Assembly: GCA_964016885.1 (NCBI GenBank)
Contig: OZ024745.1
Location: 49,848,001 to 49,912,000 of the forward strand
Length of the DNA: 64,000 nt
Source: Eledone cirrhosa
Taxonomy: Eukaryota
Reading direction: 5' to 3'
The translations under genes and the position numbers were made by a program. The notes beneath the pieces are model-generated. The model was not told the DNA's origin. It ran no database searches and saw only the letters and a program-made list of their open reading frames with translations. How positions within the stretch are numbered: the first letter of the stretch is position 1; every line of letters begins with the position of its first letter. This document shows, piece by piece, positions 60,747 to 64,000 of the stretch.

Positions 60747-61475
60747 TAAAATATAATATGTTGAGAAGGTAACACACCAGAGAGAGATATATAGTGCGTT
60801 ATCAATAATACAGGGAAAAAAACCACCAGTGTATGGAATCTATAACCTATGAAAGGCAGACTATAGACACGATAATTAAAAATATAAATTAAAGCGTAAA
60901 TAAATACCTTTATAACTATATAACACACGTACAAATCCAAAGATATGTTTCACCAGAAAATTTGTTGAAAGAAATGGTCTAGTCTCGGTTCATCAGCGTG
61001 TGTAAGGCCATACATTTCAGACAACACTAAGAGAATTTTACAATTGACTGTCCAGCTACACGTGGGAGAGAGAAGTCACAGCGTATTTAAGGGCAGTGAA
61101 CCAGTGGCCTCTGTGAGACGAACTGCTAGAAAGGGCAGCCCAGAGCCACTCAGAGAAGTGTGCTCAACCAAACAGAGGTAGGAAAGACTGTTGTTAGGAG
61201 CGAAATATCACGATAAATTAACGGAGGCATAGCCCGTTGTTATTCCCTGTAAATAATGTGCTCAAAGGGGAAGAGATCCTGAGCCCTTTAAAATATAATA
61301 TGTTGAGAAGGTAACACACCAGAGAGAGATATATAGTGCGTTATCAAATATCTCTCTCTGGTGTGTTACCTTCTCAACATATTATATTTTAAAGGGCTCA
61401 GGATCTCTTCCCCTTTGAGCACATTATTTACAGGGAATAACGACGGCCTATGCCTCCGTTAATTTATCGTGATAT
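60747..61475 (-). mobile_element. Hammerhead-bearing non-coding element with direct repeat and terminal fold-back (Penelope pLTR-like layout)
   Basis: 59-bp direct repeat 60747-60805 / 61289-61347 (542-bp period); ~128-bp inverted arms 61205-61332 / 61348-61475; contains HHR-f. Confidence 0.72.
60923..61003 (-). ncRNA. Type I hammerhead ribozyme motif, best-formed copy (HHR-f)
   Basis: Reverse complement reads acacacg CTGATGA accg...tggt GAAA catatc[tttg]gatttg TA cgtgtgt; perfect 7-bp stem I, canonical core, GUA site. Confidence 0.78.
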
Positions 61476-61502
61476 ATATTTTATATATATATATATATAT
61501 TT

Positions 61503-61536
<34 letters not shown>

Positions 61537-62426
61537 TATTTTATATATATATATATATATTTTATATATATATATATATATATATTTTATATATTTTATA
61601 TATATATATATATTTTATATATATATATATATATATTTTATATATATATATATCTTTTATATATATATATCTTTTATATATATATATCTTTTATATATAT
61701 ATATATCTTTTATATATATATATTTTATATATATATATATATATTTTATATATATATATATATATATATTTTATATATATATGTATTTTATATATATATA
61801 TATATATTTTATATATATATATATATATTTTATATATATATATATATATATATTTTATATATATATATATATATATATTTTATATATATATATATATATA
61901 TTTTATATATATATATATATCTTTTATATATATATATATATCTTTTATATATATATATTTTATATATATATATATATATCTTTTATATATATATATTTTA
62001 TATATATATATATATTTTATATATATATATATTTTATATATATATATTTTATATATATATATATATATTTTATATATATATATATTTTATATATATATAT
62101 TTTATATATATATATATATATTTTATATATATATATATTTTATATATATATATTTTATATATATATATTTTATATATATATATATATTTTAAATATATAT
62201 ATTTTATATATATATATTTTATATATATATATTTTATATATATATATATTTTAAATATATATATTTTATATATATATATTTTATATATATATATTTTATA
62301 TATATATATATATATATATTTTATATATATATATTTTATATATATATATTTTATATATATACATTTTATATATATATTTTTATATATATATTTTATATAT
62401 ATATATATTATATATATATATATATA

Positions 62427-62460
<34 letters not shown>

Positions 62461-62930
62461 TTTATATATATATTTTATATATATATATATATATTTTATA
62501 TATATATATATATATATATTTTATATGTATATATATATATATTATATATCATCAACAGTTCATTTCAGTTTACGTCCGCTTTTTCCCTGTTTGCAAGGGT
62601 GGGACGGGAACTGATTCTGGCTTGATTTCTACAGCCGGATGCCCTTCCTAACACCAACCTCATTTACAGTGAGTGCTGGGTGCTTTTTTGCGTGGCACCT
62701 GCACGACCACTTTGCAGTGGAATGATATGGACCCCAGTCCCTATCATCTCATTTCTACAGCTGAATAAACTGGAGCAATGTGAAATAAAGTGTCTTGCTC
62801 AAGGGAACAACACATCACCCAGTCTGAGAATTGAACTCAACATTTCCATTGCAAGGCCAATGCTCTAACCACTAAGCCATGTGCCTCCATTTATATGTAT
62901 ATATATATTTTATATGTATATATATATATA

Positions 62931-64000
62931 TAAATCCGAGGTTGGCCTTGCTAGTAAGAAAATCTTAAGAAAAATAATTCTCCAAATTAGAACTAACACT
63001 GACCTTTCACAGTGGCTAAATACTTCCTCTGTTATTTCTTGGTTCAATAATATACAAGGTAAAAATAAGTGTAGATTTACCCAATTTGATATTGTCGATT
63101 TTTACCCTTCTATTACTGTTTCCTTATTAACCAATGCCTTAGATTTTGCAAGACCCTTCATTAATATCTCTAAATTAGAAGAGGACATTATCTTTCATGC
63201 TAGAAAAACTTTACTCTTTACTAATGATAATATTTGGGTTAAAAAGTCAAACCCTGAAAGCTCTTTTGATGTTGCAATGGGTTCATATGACAGTGCGGAT
63301 GTGTGTGACTTAGTAGGATTATTCCTTCTCCACACACTCAAAGAGAAATTTCCGTCCCATAATATCGGTTTATACCGTGATGACGGATTAGCAGTTTCTC
63401 ATACCACCAACGGCCATAATCTTGATAAATTCCGTAAAGATTTAATTAATACTTTTGCTAATCTTAACCTTAAAATTACTATAGATACGAACCTTACTAA
63501 TGCTAACTTTCTTGATATTAATCTTGATCTACTTACTGCCTCTTTTAAACCCTATCATAAACCTAATGAAAATCTTAGGTATATACACAAAGAGTCTTGC
63601 CATCCCCCTATAGTTTTTAATAATCTTATTCCTAACATTAGCCGTAGGATTTCTACCTTATCTTCGTCTATAGACATTTTTAATAAAGCCGCCCCTTATT
63701 ATAATAAAGCCCTTAAGAACAGCGGTTTTACGGAAAAAAATTTCTTATTTACCTACTCCCCCCCCCCCTAAAACTAACCATAATAACAGGAAAAGGAAGA
63801 TTTGGTTCACACCCCCCTTCTCTCTAACTGTCAAAACTAATGTAGGTAGGAAATTCCTTGAACTATTAGACAAACATTTTCCTCCTATTCATAGATATTA
63901 TAAGATTTTTAATAGGAATGTAGTTAAGATCAGCTACTCTTGTTGCCCATCCATGAAGTCCAAAATCACCAGTTCAAACCGTACGAGGATAAATCCAGGA
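62931..64000 (+). mobile_element. Penelope-like element reverse transcriptase, 5'-truncated at (TA)n, running off the window
   Basis: FDIVDFYPSI, AMGSYD, GLYRDDGL, FLDINLDL and YIHKESCHPP motifs; after a homopolymer frameshift (~63735-63770) continues IWFTPPFSLTVKTNVGRKFLELLDKHFP...KIFNRNVVKISYSC. Confidence 0.85.

Larger units (their letters stand above)
57810..62547. repeat. Compound (TA)n tracts punctuated by TTTT/AAAA (57810-58477, 58965-59561, 60386-60746, 61476-62547), interleaved with element fragments
   Basis: Direct reading; motif differs from the TACA-type tracts further left. Confidence 0.92.

Noticed and set aside
55554-64000. Search for the missing N-terminal SLC27A exon(s)
   Set aside because: No convincing candidate; the region is repeat-derived, so the exons probably lie beyond the window.

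Overview
AT-rich, repeat-dense animal genomic DNA. The SINE/LINE complement and kilobase (TA)/(TACA) tracts suggest a mollusc, probably an octopus or other cephalopod (inference). One host gene is supported: a minus-strand SLC27A/FATP-family very-long-chain acyl-CoA synthetase. I reconstructed nine phase-consistent GT-AG exons by hand between 55553 and 24096 (1517 nt, about 505 codons including the stop); its N-terminal exon(s) probably lie beyond the right edge. The rest is microsatellite, minisatellite and mobile-element sequence: four young RTE-clade LINE copies, CR1-type fragments, an R4/Dong-like relic, a Penelope-like RT, tRNA-derived SINEs, an RTE-derived non-autonomous element and MITEs. 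Most long ORFs in the track are (TA)n artefacts. The main signal the ORF track does not show is a set of type I hammerhead ribozyme motifs: six unrelated sequences at seven loci, plus broken remnants. They sit in short non-coding islands inside (TA)n tracts, usually with direct-repeat or fold-back architecture. This fits a diverse population of microsatellite-targeting Penelope-like or retrozyme-like elements; two copies are sense to the host pre-mRNA. All folds were made by eye and are untested.
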